DNA of 64,000 bases from an uncultured Chloroflexia bacterium (GCA_963766655.1 CAVYBB010000001.1:44306-108305); one strand, 5' to 3'; positions 1-9,051 are shown, counted from the stretch's first letter. Translations and numbers: made by a program. Notes: generated by a model not told the origin, from the letters alone.

Positions 1-255
1 CCGCTTTCGACTGTCGTCAACGGCAGCCCCCGGCGTCGCTGGGCGGATCGAGCCGAGCATCGTCCGGGGGGTAGCACCGCCTTGGCGCGGTGTGCCAGGT
101 ACCACGAGGGACGAGGGTAACGCCCGCATCACTTTGCGTCCGGGACCGAATGCGGTTGTTGGGGCGGGTCAGCCATTGCCGCCGCACGGGGTCTTGACAA
201 CTCGCCCGTCGCGCCCATGAACCTCACCTACGAAACGCAGCGAGGTTCTAGAACC

Positions 256-510
256 ATGGACGATGCAGGCGACACGCCACTCCTGGCCACCGCCCTCCGT
301 GACAACGATGACCCGATCGAATGGGTCCTCCATGACGTGACCGCGCGACAGGCGGTCATGGTCCGCGCCTTGCTGCGCTGGAGCTACGGCCGACGAGCCG
401 TCAACGTCAGCTTCATCGGCCGCGAGACTTTCGCCGACTTCGTCGCACACCAAGGCGAGGCCTACGACGAGTTCCTCGCCGACGGTTGGCGCGGACCGCA
501 TCCGGCGTAG
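256..510 (+). CDS. small hypothetical protein (about 84 aa from ATG 256; ORF opens at 217)
   Basis: ORF 217..510. Third codon positions are strongly G/C in this frame, and the antisense ORF 169..501 looks like a shadow. No family recognised. Confidence 0.35.
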   Translation: MDDAGDTPLLATALRDNDDPIEWVLHDVTARQAVMVRALLRWSYGRRAVNVSFIGRETFADFVAHQGEAYDEFLADGWRGPHPA

Positions 511-536
511 CGGAGTCAGGGCTCGAACGTGGGGCC

Positions 537-773
537 GCGGAAGGATTCGAGCCGCCTGTCGAGCTTATCCAGAGGACTCCCAACGTCTTGGCCGATGGTC
601 GGTGCGATCTGAGCGTGGGGCGGACTCGATTTCGGTTGGTCCGGCGGGCAATCAGGTTGAACATGCCGGATGGAGTCAGGTGAACGTCATTCGTTCAGGT
701 AACTCCGGGATCGACCGTATCGCCCTGGACCGCCGTTGGGAAGGGGACTGGTCCCACTGTTCCCACTACTCCC
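537..773 (+). repeat. intergenic repeat family, copy A (longest copy)
   Basis: Aligns by eye to 12122..12285 (its 5' two thirds) and to 13087..13242 (its 3' half). Contains palindrome TGAACG-N5-CGTTCA at 681..697 inside a longer imperfect hairpin (GGAGT...ACTCC). A second small hairpin, GGGAC/GTCCC, lies at 744..755. The copy begins about 27 nt after the stop of ORF 217..510. Confidence 0.75.
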
Positions 774-821
774 AGCGGGACGTTGACCGATCAGCTTCAC
801 GGCGAGACACCCGCGAGTACG

Positions 822-1880
822 ATGACTGTTCAGATGACGAACCAGGACGACTACGACCACGGACATTCGCACGAGCATCCAGATGGTCGGTTGCGTCGGC
901 TGGTCGCCTCGGTCGCCGGCCACAGTCATGATCCGGGCGATTCGATCGATGACGCGCTGACCAGCGACCGCCGCGGGATCCGGGCGCTGAAGATCTCGCT
1001 GCTGCTGCTCGCGATCACCGCCATTGCCCAGCTCGCGGTGGTTCTCGTCTCGGGCTCGGTCGCCCTCCTGGCCGACACCATCCACAACTTCAGCGACGCG
1101 CTCACGGCGGTGCCTCTGTGGATCGCCTTCGCCATCGGCGGTAGGGCAGCGACCCGTCGCTACACCTACGGCTACCGACGTGCCGAGGACCTGGCCGGCA
1201 TGTTCGTCCTGCTGATGATCCTCGCCTCGGCGATCCTCGCGGCGTACGAGTCCATCACCCGGCTGATCACCCCCCAGCCGATGACGAACATCCCGATCGT
1301 CATCGGCGCCGGGATCATCGGGTTCGCCGGCAACGAGGCCGTGGCGCTCTACCGGATCCGCGTCGGCCGCTCGATCGGGTCGGCCGCACTCGTGGCGGAT
1401 GGCTACCACGCCCGGACGGACGGCCTCACGTCGCTCGCCGTCGTCGCTGGCGCTCTCGGCGTGGCCGCGGGCTATCCGCTCGCGGATCCGCTGGTCGGAT
1501 TGCTCATCACCGCGGTCATCCTGGTCGTCCTGAAGCAGGCGACCGGCCAGATGCTCGGCCGCCTCATGGATGCGGTCGAGCCCGACCTCGTCGGACAGGT
1601 CGAGAACATCGTCGAGTCCGTGCCGGAGGTCCAATCGGTCGACCGGCTCCGCGTCCGCTGGCTCGGTCACGCCCTCGAGGCGTCGATGGCGATCACCGTC
1701 AACTGCGACATGACGGTCGCCCAGGGTCATCAGGTGTCCGAGGAAGTCCGCCACCGCCTGCTTCACGAGGTCCGGCGGCTCGACACCGCGGTCATCCACG
1801 TGAACCCGTGCAGACACGGTGGCGAGGACCCCCACGAGACGACGCGACACCACGATCCGGTGGCGACGCCGAGCGTCTGA
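822..1880 (+). CDS. cation diffusion facilitator (CDF) family metal efflux transporter
   Basis: ORF 783..1880 (TTG start); first ATG at 822. His-rich N-terminus (DHGHSHEH), six hydrophobic segments, a CDF-like region LLADTIHNFSDAL, and a C-terminal cytoplasmic domain. Confidence 0.85.
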   Translation: MTVQMTNQDDYDHGHSHEHPDGRLRRLVASVAGHSHDPGDSIDDALTSDRRGIRALKISLLLLAITAIAQLAVVLVSGSVALLADTIHNFSDALTAVPLWIAFAIGGRAATRRYTYGYRRAEDLAGMFVLLMILASAILAAYESITRLITPQPMTNIPIVIGAGIIGFAGNEAVALYRIRVGRSIGSAALVADGYHARTDGLTSLAVVAGALGVAAGYPLADPLVGLLITAVILVVLKQATGQMLGRLMDAVEPDLVGQVENIVESVPEVQSVDRLRVRWLGHALEASMAITVNCDMTVAQGHQVSEEVRHRLLHEVRRLDTAVIHVNPCRHGGEDPHETTRHHDPVATPSV

Positions 1881-1883
1881 CGT

Positions 1884-2094
1884 TGTGATCCTCCTGGACC
1901 CGACGCTGCGCCATCTGTACGTGGCGATCGGTGATCCGGGAGTGATCGAGGTCTTCGACGTCGGCCGTCTGACCTCCGTCGAGGTCGTGACAACCGAACC
2001 CGTGGCGCACACCATCGCGGTCGATTTCGACCGCCGTCGCGTCTATGCCTTCCTGCCCGCGACGCATCGGACGGCCGTCTTCGCGGCGACCTAA
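1884..2094 (+). pseudogene. C-terminal remnant of a YVTN/beta-propeller repeat protein
   Basis: ORF 1819..2094 overlaps the CDF 3' end. Only about 70 aa (LYVAIGDPGVIEVFDV...HTIAVDFDRRRVYAF) look like the last blades of a propeller, and no N-terminal part is present. Confidence 0.3.
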
Positions 2095-2253
2095 GCCAGC
2101 GAGCGCCCCGAGTCGGGACCAAGGGCGTGCCGGGCGACCCAGCGATCGTGACCTTCGGCACAAGCGGCGGCGAAGGGCACCACGCGATGCTGACGGCGCC
2201 GACCGACGACCTCATGTGGGCGCCGTGTCGCAGCAGTCGGCCTGGAGTCGAGC

Positions 2254-2817
2254 ATGAACACCGAACACATCGGCCGCCGAGCCGTTCCGTCGTGGGCGAT
2301 TCTCCACGTAGCCCTGCTGGCCCTCATCGTGGCGACCGCCGCGCTGACGGCATTCATGGTGCGCCCAACGTTGCCCTGGTCCGGCTCCATGATGTCGGGC
2401 GGTCAGCCAGGCATCGTGGGCGGCGGCGGGATGATGGGCCGCGGCTCGGTCGGCACGACCGGCTTGCAGCCGGGCGAGGCGGGCTTCGCGGCCGGTACCG
2501 TCGCTGCCCCGCGAGTCGTGCGCATCGCGGCGGGTCCGGGCTACTCGTTCACGCCGTCGTCCGTTGCGGTCGCTCGCGGTGAGACCGTCACCTTCGTCGT
2601 CACGGCCATGGGTCCCGCCGCCCACGAGTTCATGGTCGGCCCGGCCGACGCGGTCGCTGCCGACACGCCCGGCACACCCGAGATCGCCGACATCTCGATG
2701 ATGCAGTCGAAGTCGCTCACCTACACCTTTGACGGCTCGGGCCCGTACGCCTTTGCCTGCCACGCCGAGGGCCACTACGAGGCCGGCATGCACGGCACGA
2801 TCACGCTCGTCGGCTGA
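2254..2817 (+). CDS. membrane-anchored cupredoxin (blue copper protein-like)
   Basis: ORF with an N-terminal TM helix, a Gly/Met-rich linker, and a C-terminal FACHAEGHYEAGMHG segment that fits the type-1 Cu ligand pattern C-x4-H-x4-M. Confidence 0.7.
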   Translation: MNTEHIGRRAVPSWAILHVALLALIVATAALTAFMVRPTLPWSGSMMSGGQPGIVGGGGMMGRGSVGTTGLQPGEAGFAAGTVAAPRVVRIAAGPGYSFTPSSVAVARGETVTFVVTAMGPAAHEFMVGPADAVAADTPGTPEIADISMMQSKSLTYTFDGSGPYAFACHAEGHYEAGMHGTITLVG

Positions 2818-3034
2818 ACCGGTGGTGAGCGCGATGACCACCGCGACCAGCTACGCTTTCGCGTCCACCTCAGCCGCGCCCGCCAGCGGTCTGCCTTGAC
2901 GCCAACTGAGGGCTACACCGTCGCCTCGACCGGCGTGGCCGCCAGGAGCCACGCCTCGGCGGCCTCGAGGCCAGCCTCGACATCGGACTCCGTGTGCGGG
3001 CCAAGGATCAGGCAGACTCGCCAGCAATCTGGTA

Positions 3035-3054
3035 CACTGACTGACCAGTCAGTG
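3035..3054. promoter_or_regulatory. perfect palindrome CACTGACTG-AC-CAGTCAGTG, probable TetR operator
   Basis: Read directly. It has 9-bp perfect arms and lies 14 nt upstream of the TetR start at 3068. Confidence 0.55.
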
Positions 3055-3067
3055 AAACGAGGAACGG

Positions 3068-3658
3068 ATGTCGATCCCCGTCAAGACGACTTCGCGTACG
3101 AGACAAGCCGATTCCCGCCGCGAGGAACTACTCCGAGTTGCGCTGCGACTCTTTGCCGAGCGTGGCGTCGACGGCACGACGATCGCCGACATCGCCACCG
3201 CGACGGGCACCGCCCATGGCCTTGTCTACCACTACTTCGCGAGCAAGAACGACCTGCTGCTGGCCGTGCTCGAGCGGTTCAGTTTCCTGCCGGAACTCCG
3301 GCGCCTGCTCGACGTCTCACCCGATCGACCGGCCGTCGAAGTCCTGACCGGGATCGCCGTCCGCTTCTCGGCCCTGCTCCTCGAGCGAGCCGACTTGCTT
3401 CGGCTGGTCTCGCGCGAGTCACAGACCAACCCGGCGGTCGCCGCAGCCCTCGGGGACGTGATGGCGGAGGGGACCCGGCTGATCGCCACCTATCTGGACG
3501 CCCGAGTCGCCGCCGGAGAACTCCGGCCGCATGACACGTCGGTCCCGGCGCGCGGCCTCTTCTGGGCGATCGTCACGATGCACCTCGCCCAGGCCCCCGA
3601 CGAGGGTTTCGAGGCCAACCTCGTCGACGTGCTCGTGAACGGCCTGCGACCGGCCTGA
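3068..3658 (+). CDS. TetR family transcriptional regulator
   Basis: N-terminal HTH TIADIATATGTAHGLVYHYFASKNDLL, with typical TetR length and helical C-terminal domain. Confidence 0.85.
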   Translation: MSIPVKTTSRTRQADSRREELLRVALRLFAERGVDGTTIADIATATGTAHGLVYHYFASKNDLLLAVLERFSFLPELRRLLDVSPDRPAVEVLTGIAVRFSALLLERADLLRLVSRESQTNPAVAAALGDVMAEGTRLIATYLDARVAAGELRPHDTSVPARGLFWAIVTMHLAQAPDEGFEANLVDVLVNGLRPA

Positions 3659-3670
3659 GAGGAGGCGGCG

Positions 3671-4126
3671 ATGACCTTCGACATCCTCAAGGTGCTCCAC
3701 ATCGGCTCGATGTTCATGGCGACCGCGCTCGCCGTCGGGCCGCTGGTCGTCATGTACCTGGTGGCACGGACCCAGGACGCGCCGGCGATCGCCCGCACCT
3801 TCTCGTTCTCGACCTCGATCGGGCGGATGGGCGGCGCGATGTACGGACTTGGCATCGTGTTCGGCGTCCTGGCAGCGCTGACCGGCTCCCTCGACCTAAC
3901 GGCACCGTGGCTGCTGACCGCATACGCATTGGTCATCCTCCTCGGCGTGAATGGCGTCCTGGCCGAGCGCTGGATCGGTCAGGTCGAACGAGCCGCGGAG
4001 GCGTCCAAGACCGACGACCTGCAGCATCTCGTCCGGGCTCGGAGCCCGATCGTATCGCTCACGATCATGATCGGACTGACGCTCGCCATCATCTTCGTCA
4101 TGGTCGTGAAGCCGGCTCTCTTCTAG
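3671..4126 (+). CDS. integral membrane protein (DUF2269-like, about 4 TM)
   Basis: The ORF follows the TetR gene by 12 nt. It has four hydrophobic helices and high GC3. Confidence 0.55.
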   Translation: MTFDILKVLHIGSMFMATALAVGPLVVMYLVARTQDAPAIARTFSFSTSIGRMGGAMYGLGIVFGVLAALTGSLDLTAPWLLTAYALVILLGVNGVLAERWIGQVERAAEASKTDDLQHLVRARSPIVSLTIMIGLTLAIIFVMVVKPALF

Positions 4127-4155
4127 GGTCGCGCCTGACCGAGCCTGACGGCGGG

Positions 4156-4353
4156 CTACATGGCCGGCGTGTAGGCCGTGTCGAGGAACCGCTCGGGGTC
4201 GTCGCGGAACTCGAGCAAGCAGCCCTTGCCGCAGAAGGCGTACTCGGTGCCTTCGTGGGTCAGGACGAGCCCGTTGCTTCGGGCGGTGTCGGGGTTGACG
4301 GTCATGCCGCAGACCGGATCCTCGGTAGGGGCGATCGTTCGCTGGTCAGTCAT
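4156..4353 (-). CDS. YHS/TRASH-domain metal-binding protein
   Basis: This is the last 65 codons of ORF 4156..5274, starting at ATG 4353 with an AAGGAG RBS. Motifs are DPVCGMTV...YAFCGKGC. Confidence 0.85.
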   Translation of the reverse strand: MTDQRTIAPTEDPVCGMTVNPDTARSNGLVLTHEGTEYAFCGKGCLLEFRDDPERFLDTAYTPAM

Positions 4354-4370
4354 GGTGTTCTCCTTGGGTG

Positions 4371-6496
4371 TCAGGCCGGGGCCAGGCGGGGCTGGGCAGG
4401 TGGCGGTGGCGGGGCATCGTGGCTCAGTTGGACGCGACGCAGGAGTTGGGCGTTGGCGGCAACGATGATGGTTGAGAGCACTCATGGCGATCGCCCCGAC
4501 AGCCATCGGCAGGTCGATGCCCCATGGAACGAGGACGCCCATTGCGATGGGGATCGCGACGAGGTTGTAGCCGGTCGCCCAGACGAGGTTCTGGACCATC
4601 TTGGGATAGGTCGCGCGCGACAGTTCGATCGCGCTCACCACATCGCGCGGGTCGCTGCGGACGAGCACGATGCCGGCCGACTCGACCGCGACGTCAGTTC
4701 CCGCGCCGATGGCGATGCCGACATCGGCCGTGGCCAGCGCCGGAGCATCGTTTACGCCGTCGCCGACCATCGCGACCTTGCGACCGCCGTCCTGGAAGCG
4801 CTTGACCGCAGCCGCCTTGTCGGCTGGCAGGACCTGGGCGGCGACCTCGTCGATGCCGAGCCGGCGCGCGACCGAGTCGGCCACCGCCTGGCTGTCGCCG
4901 GTGATCATCGCGACCCGGACGCCGAGGCCATGAAGTGCGTCGATCGCCTCCTTCGACTCCGGCCGGACTTCGTCCTCGACGGCCACGATGCCGGCCACGG
5001 CCCCATCGACGACGACGTGGAGGACGGTCCGGCCCTGCCGATCCCAGTCGGCGGCCCGGGGATGCGGGCGCGAGGTCCATCTCTTGCAGCAGCCGAGGTC
5101 CGCCGACGAGGACGTCGTGACCGTGGACGCTGGCGTGCGCACCGCGACCGGCCAGCGCCTCGAAGCCGGAGGCCGGCCGTGTCTCGACGCCTCGCTGCCT
5201 GGCGCCGCCGACGATCGCCCGGGCGAGTGGGTGCTCCGAGTCGGCCTCGACCGACGCCGCGAGCCCGAGCACACGTTCGGCGTCCATCGAGCCCGCTGCC
5301 ACGTCGACGAGGACGGGCTCGCCCCTGGTCAGGGTTCCGGTCTTGTCGAAGATGATCGTGTCGAGGGTCGCGGGCCCGCTCGAGCGCCAGGCGGTCCTTG
5401 ACCAGCAGCCCGTTCCGGGCCCCGAGCGAGGTGGAGATGGCGATGACGAGCGGGATGGCGAGGCCGAGGGCATGCGGGCAGGCGATGACCAGGACGGTCG
5501 CGGTCCGGACGAGCGCGCCTTCCGGGTCGCCCTGGATCCACCAGAGACGAGGGTGATGCGCCGGCGCCGAGGGCGACGTAGAACAGGAGTGGCTGCGGCC
5601 CGGTCGGCCAGCGCCTGGGCGCGCGACGCCGAGGCCTGCGCCGCTGCGACCAGGCGCATGATCCCGGACAGCGCGGTGGCGTCGCCGGTGGCGGTGACCC
5701 GGATGCGAAGCGAGCCGCCTGCCGCGACCGTGCCCGCGACGACCGTGTCGCCGGGCTCCTTGGCCACGGCCGCGGACTCGCCGGTGATCATCGACTCGTC
5801 GACATCGGCGCTGCCCTCGGCCACCACGCCGTCGGCCGGCGACGCGGGCGCCGGGCCGGACGAGGACGACGTCGCCCACGGCCAGGGCCGCCGATCGGCA
5901 CCTCCTCGGTGCCGGCAGCGGTGACCCGCTCCGCGGTGTCGGGCAGCAGCTCTGCGAGCGCCGAGAGCGCGCCCCGCGCCTGGGCGATGGAGCGCATCTC
6001 CAGCCAGTGGCCGAGCAGCATGATGGTGATGAGGGTGGCGAGCTCCCACCAGATCTCGACCTCGAACAGGCCGAGCGTGCCGGCCCAGCGAGGTCACGAA
6101 CGCCACGATGATCGCCAGCGAGATGAGGGTCATCATCCCGGGCTGTCCGGTCGGCCAGCTCGCCGAGGGCGCCGCGGAGGAAGACCAGGCCGCCGTAGAG
6201 GAAGATCGACCGTGCCGAGGACCGCCGGGAGAGGTCGCGATGCCCGGGAACGCGGGGACGTGTAGCCGAGCCAGTCCGGCGACGTCGGGGCTCAGAAGAC
6301 GACCGGGATGGTCAGAGCCAGGCACAGCCAGAACTTGTCGCGGAACATCGCGACCGAGTGGCCCTCGTGGCGGTCGTGGCCCGGCCGTGCTCATGTCATG
6401 CCCGGCGTGCTCGCGGGCGGCCGGGGTTGCAGCGAGTTCCGCAACACGCTCGCTTCCCGGCTCGCGATCCTGGTGGTGATGTGCGTCGTGGTCCAT
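4371..6496 (-). pseudogene. P1B-type heavy-metal ATPase (CPH motif and His-rich N-terminus, CopB-like), multiply frameshifted
   Basis: Recognisable blocks are spread over all three minus frames: MDHDAHHH...; [10 protein letters not shown]; MLLGHWLEM; DESMITGES; [10 protein letters not shown]; FDKTGTLT; MITGD; GDGVNDAPAL. The true C-terminus (TIIVAANAQLLRR...) is also in another frame. The stop is inferred at 4371. Confidence 0.85.
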
Positions 6497-6525
6497 CCAA
6501 GTCCCTGGATTCGAGGCTAATCAAC

Positions 6526-6542
6526 ATACCCCCCGGGAGTAT
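6526..6542. promoter_or_regulatory. GC-rich pseudo-palindrome ATACCCCCCGGGAGTAT (CsoR-operator-like)
   Basis: Lies about 30 nt upstream of the ATPase start on the minus strand. It resembles ATACCC-N-GGGTAT type CsoR boxes. Confidence 0.3.
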
Positions 6543-6581
6543 TCTACACGAGGCATGTCAAGGATCAGGGTGCTCACACCG

Positions 6582-6965
6582 TCAGGAGAGCGCCACGTAG
6601 GCGCTGAGCACAACCAGCGTCGCGGTCATCGCCGCGAACACGGTCCGCTCGAGGCGACTCTTCGAAGCCAGGTTGCCGAGGGTATTCAACGCCAGGTACG
6701 CGGCAATCGCCCAGGTCGCCGGCGCCAGGACGCCGGTTCCGACCGTCGGCCAACCGAGGGCACCCGCCCGAGCCAGGATCACCAGCGCGCAACCGACGAG
6801 GATCGCGGCGGCGACAGCGCTGGCGGCTCGGAGTCGGTTCGGAAGCGTGCCCGCATGCCGGCCCCCGAGAACATGAGCCCCGAGCGGCGCACCGAGAGCG
6901 AGACTGGCTTGAAACGCCGCCATCCCCACGAAGAGGATGGCGGCGAAGACTGCGACGGGGATCAT
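6582..6965 (-). CDS. small integral membrane protein (127 aa)
   Basis: This is the C-terminal part of ORF 6582..8246. ATG 6965 overlaps (ATGA) the out-of-frame true stop of the upstream hydrolase. Four hydrophobic helices. Confidence 0.55.
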   Translation of the reverse strand: MIPVAVFAAILFVGMAAFQASLALGAPLGAHVLGGRHAGTLPNRLRAASAVAAAILVGCALVILARAGALGWPTVGTGVLAPATWAIAAYLALNTLGNLASKSRLERTVFAAMTATLVVLSAYVALS

Positions 6966-8246
6966 CGGAGCGGTGCTCCGGTCCGGACGGCGGTGAGCAC
7001 GTCGAGGATCGCCTGGGCCGATGCGCGGAGCGTCGACGCCGGAGATCAGGGAGTTGTGGGTGGCGTTTGCCATCACCCGATGGATGCTCGCGGTCGACAG
7101 GTGGGGCAGGGCTTCCTGGGCAGCCACCCAGCCGGGGTCGGCCCCAGCCACCGCGGTGACAACGATGAGTGGGCGATTGCCGATGCTGGTTAGGGCCGCG
7201 GACTGCTGAAGGGCCGGCCGCAGGGCACGGACCTCATCGCGCGCTCCGCGAACGATGGCCGCGGTCGACTCGTTGGCGGGCAATCCGAGAAGGGGCGCCA
7301 GGAGACCGATGCGGGCGAGCGAGGGGGACAACGTCGAGACAGTCTCGAACATCGAATAGACGCCCGGGTATTGGGGCAGCGCCGTGAACGCGTCGGCCGG
7401 CTGCGCGTCGAGCAGGACCATGCCCGCGACTTCGTCGGGGTATTGGGCCGCGAAGACTCGGACGTATGGTCCGCCCGAGGAATGCCCGACCAGGATGTAC
7501 GGGCCGGGGACGCCGGCGCGCTCGAGCAGGGTGTGCAGATCCGTTGCGAGGGCGATCCCGTCCTGTGAACCAGCCTCGTCGCTCCGTCCGTGGCCGGCCC
7601 GGTCGTAGGTGCAGACCGTGGTCGTTGCCGCGACGGCCGGCGCGATGGCTGCCCAGAAGGATGACGATGCGCCGAGGCCGGGCTGGAGGATGACCGCGGG
7701 GCCGCCCGAACCTGAGCACTCGATGTAGAGCCGATGTCCGCCGACGTCGATCATCTTGCCGGTGCCCGCCTGGGCAGCAGCCGTAGCCGCGCTAACCGTT
7801 GTCAGGGCGCCACCGATCGCGAAGACGAAGAGAGTGGCGACCACCGGGACGACCAGCCAGCGACCCCGGCCACGGAGATTGGCGCGAACCTGGATGACCA
7901 TCCAGATCGCCAGACCGGCGATGGCCAGCGGCCAGACCCAACCGAGGAAGTCCATGAGGGCCGGGCCTGGCTGGAACACGATGAGGCCGATCCCGATCGA
8001 GCCGAGGACCGCCGCCGGCACCGCGGTCCAAGCCTGGGGTTGGGCGCTGAAGCGGGTGGACAGGAGGCCCATCAGGCCCCAGCCGATACCGAATGCGAAG
8101 AGCACAGACCCGGTGACGAGCGGCTCCGACCCGCCTGACGCAATGGTGAAGGCCAAGGCGACGGCGAGGGCCGCCCCGGCGACGAGCGAACCGAGGATTG
8201 CCAGAACGGGAGAGCGGGTGCTCGTGGTGGGCGACGAGTCGTTCAT
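6962..8246 (-). pseudogene. membrane-anchored alpha/beta hydrolase with a frameshift near the C-terminus
   Basis: N-terminal TM region followed by an alpha/beta fold with the nucleophile elbow GHSSGG. After ...ATHNSLIS the plausible continuation ASAQAILDVLTAVRTGAPLR-stop is in the +1 frame, near 7020..7045. Confidence 0.6.
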
Positions 8247-8295
8247 GAGAAGTCCTCCGAGGATGCGGGCGAACGGGTTGGTTGTGGTGAAGGGC

Positions 8296-9051
8296 TCATG
8301 ACGCGGCCCCGGCAGACGCGCGGTCCGGAGATGCGACGGCCGTCTTGGAGGTTCGAGATCCCCGGGCGGTACGCCAGAAGAGCCAGAAGATCAGCAAGGC
8401 CTCACCGACGAAGGTGAAGGTGCTGATGGTCAGTGCGTAGCCGGCAATGAAGATCGTCCCGATCGAGTCGGCCACGTAGCCGACGCCGGCTAGGACGACA
8501 AGGGCCGCGAGCAGCCGCGGGGCGCCGAACCCGAACAGCAGGGCACCAAGGCCGACGAGGTGAATGCCGAAGATCCCGAGCGCCAGGTGCCAGCCTGAGT
8601 CGAACGTCGCGACCGATGCCGCGACCTGCGCCTGGAGCGGGGCCGACTGCAGCGCGGTCCCGGTCGCGCCGTGGACCAGTTGCGCGGCACTGATCAGGTT
8701 GAGCAACGCGAAGGCAAAGGCCGCGGCATAGACGATGCGCAGCGACCCGACGAGACGCGCGAAGCCCTCATTGACGGGTCGCAGGAGGAGGTAGAACCCC
8801 CAGGCGACCACGACGTCGAGGATTGCGACGATAAGGAAAGCGGCGATGGCGGCCTGGAAGAGCCCCGGTGACGCCGCGATGTTGTTCGCGGTCGCGGCCG
8901 CATCGACCGGCACGATGAGGGTCTTCAAGACCCCGAACTGGGCGAATGGCGCGAGGATCGCCATGAGCAGCAGGCTGACGGCGGTCGCAAACGCGACGTT
9001 GCGTTGGGCGCCTGGCAGGCGGCTCGCGATGGTCAACGATCGGATGGCCAT
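8296..9051 (-). CDS. DUF4386-like integral membrane protein
   Basis: 251-aa ORF with multiple TM helices and a composition typical of the DUF4386 family. Confidence 0.6.
   Translation of the reverse strand: MAIRSLTIASRLPGAQRNVAFATAVSLLLMAILAPFAQFGVLKTLIVPVDAAATANNIAASPGLFQAAIAAFLIVAILDVVVAWGFYLLLRPVNEGFARLVGSLRIVYAAAFAFALLNLISAAQLVHGATGTALQSAPLQAQVAASVATFDSGWHLALGIFGIHLVGLGALLFGFGAPRLLAALVVLAGVGYVADSIGTIFIAGYALTISTFTFVGEALLIFWLFWRTARGSRTSKTAVASPDRASAGAAS

Noticed and set aside
681-697. The TGAACG-N5-CGTTCA palindrome as a LexA (Cheo/SOS) box, a Zur box or an ArsR/SmtB operator upstream of the CDF gene.
   Set aside because: The spacing does not fit GAAC-N4-GTTC, the 7-1-7 Zur box, or the 6-2-6 SmtB/CzrA sites. 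The same palindrome also travels with the repeat next to unrelated genes.
537-773. NiCo (czcD-motif) or another metal riboswitch in front of the CDF transporter.
   Set aside because: The same sequence recurs downstream of a response-regulator gene and of a nitroreductase-family gene. I could not recognise the czcD four-way-junction core.
687-2015. 442-aa minus-strand ORF across the CDF gene. Similar long antisense ORFs occur at 15452..16939, 44325..46112, 50391..53027, 18795..19862 and 35451..36272.
   Set aside because: The translations are Arg/Gly/Pro/Asp-rich and low-complexity. Each is exactly antisense to a recognisable gene. These are typical shadow ORFs of stop-poor GC-rich DNA.
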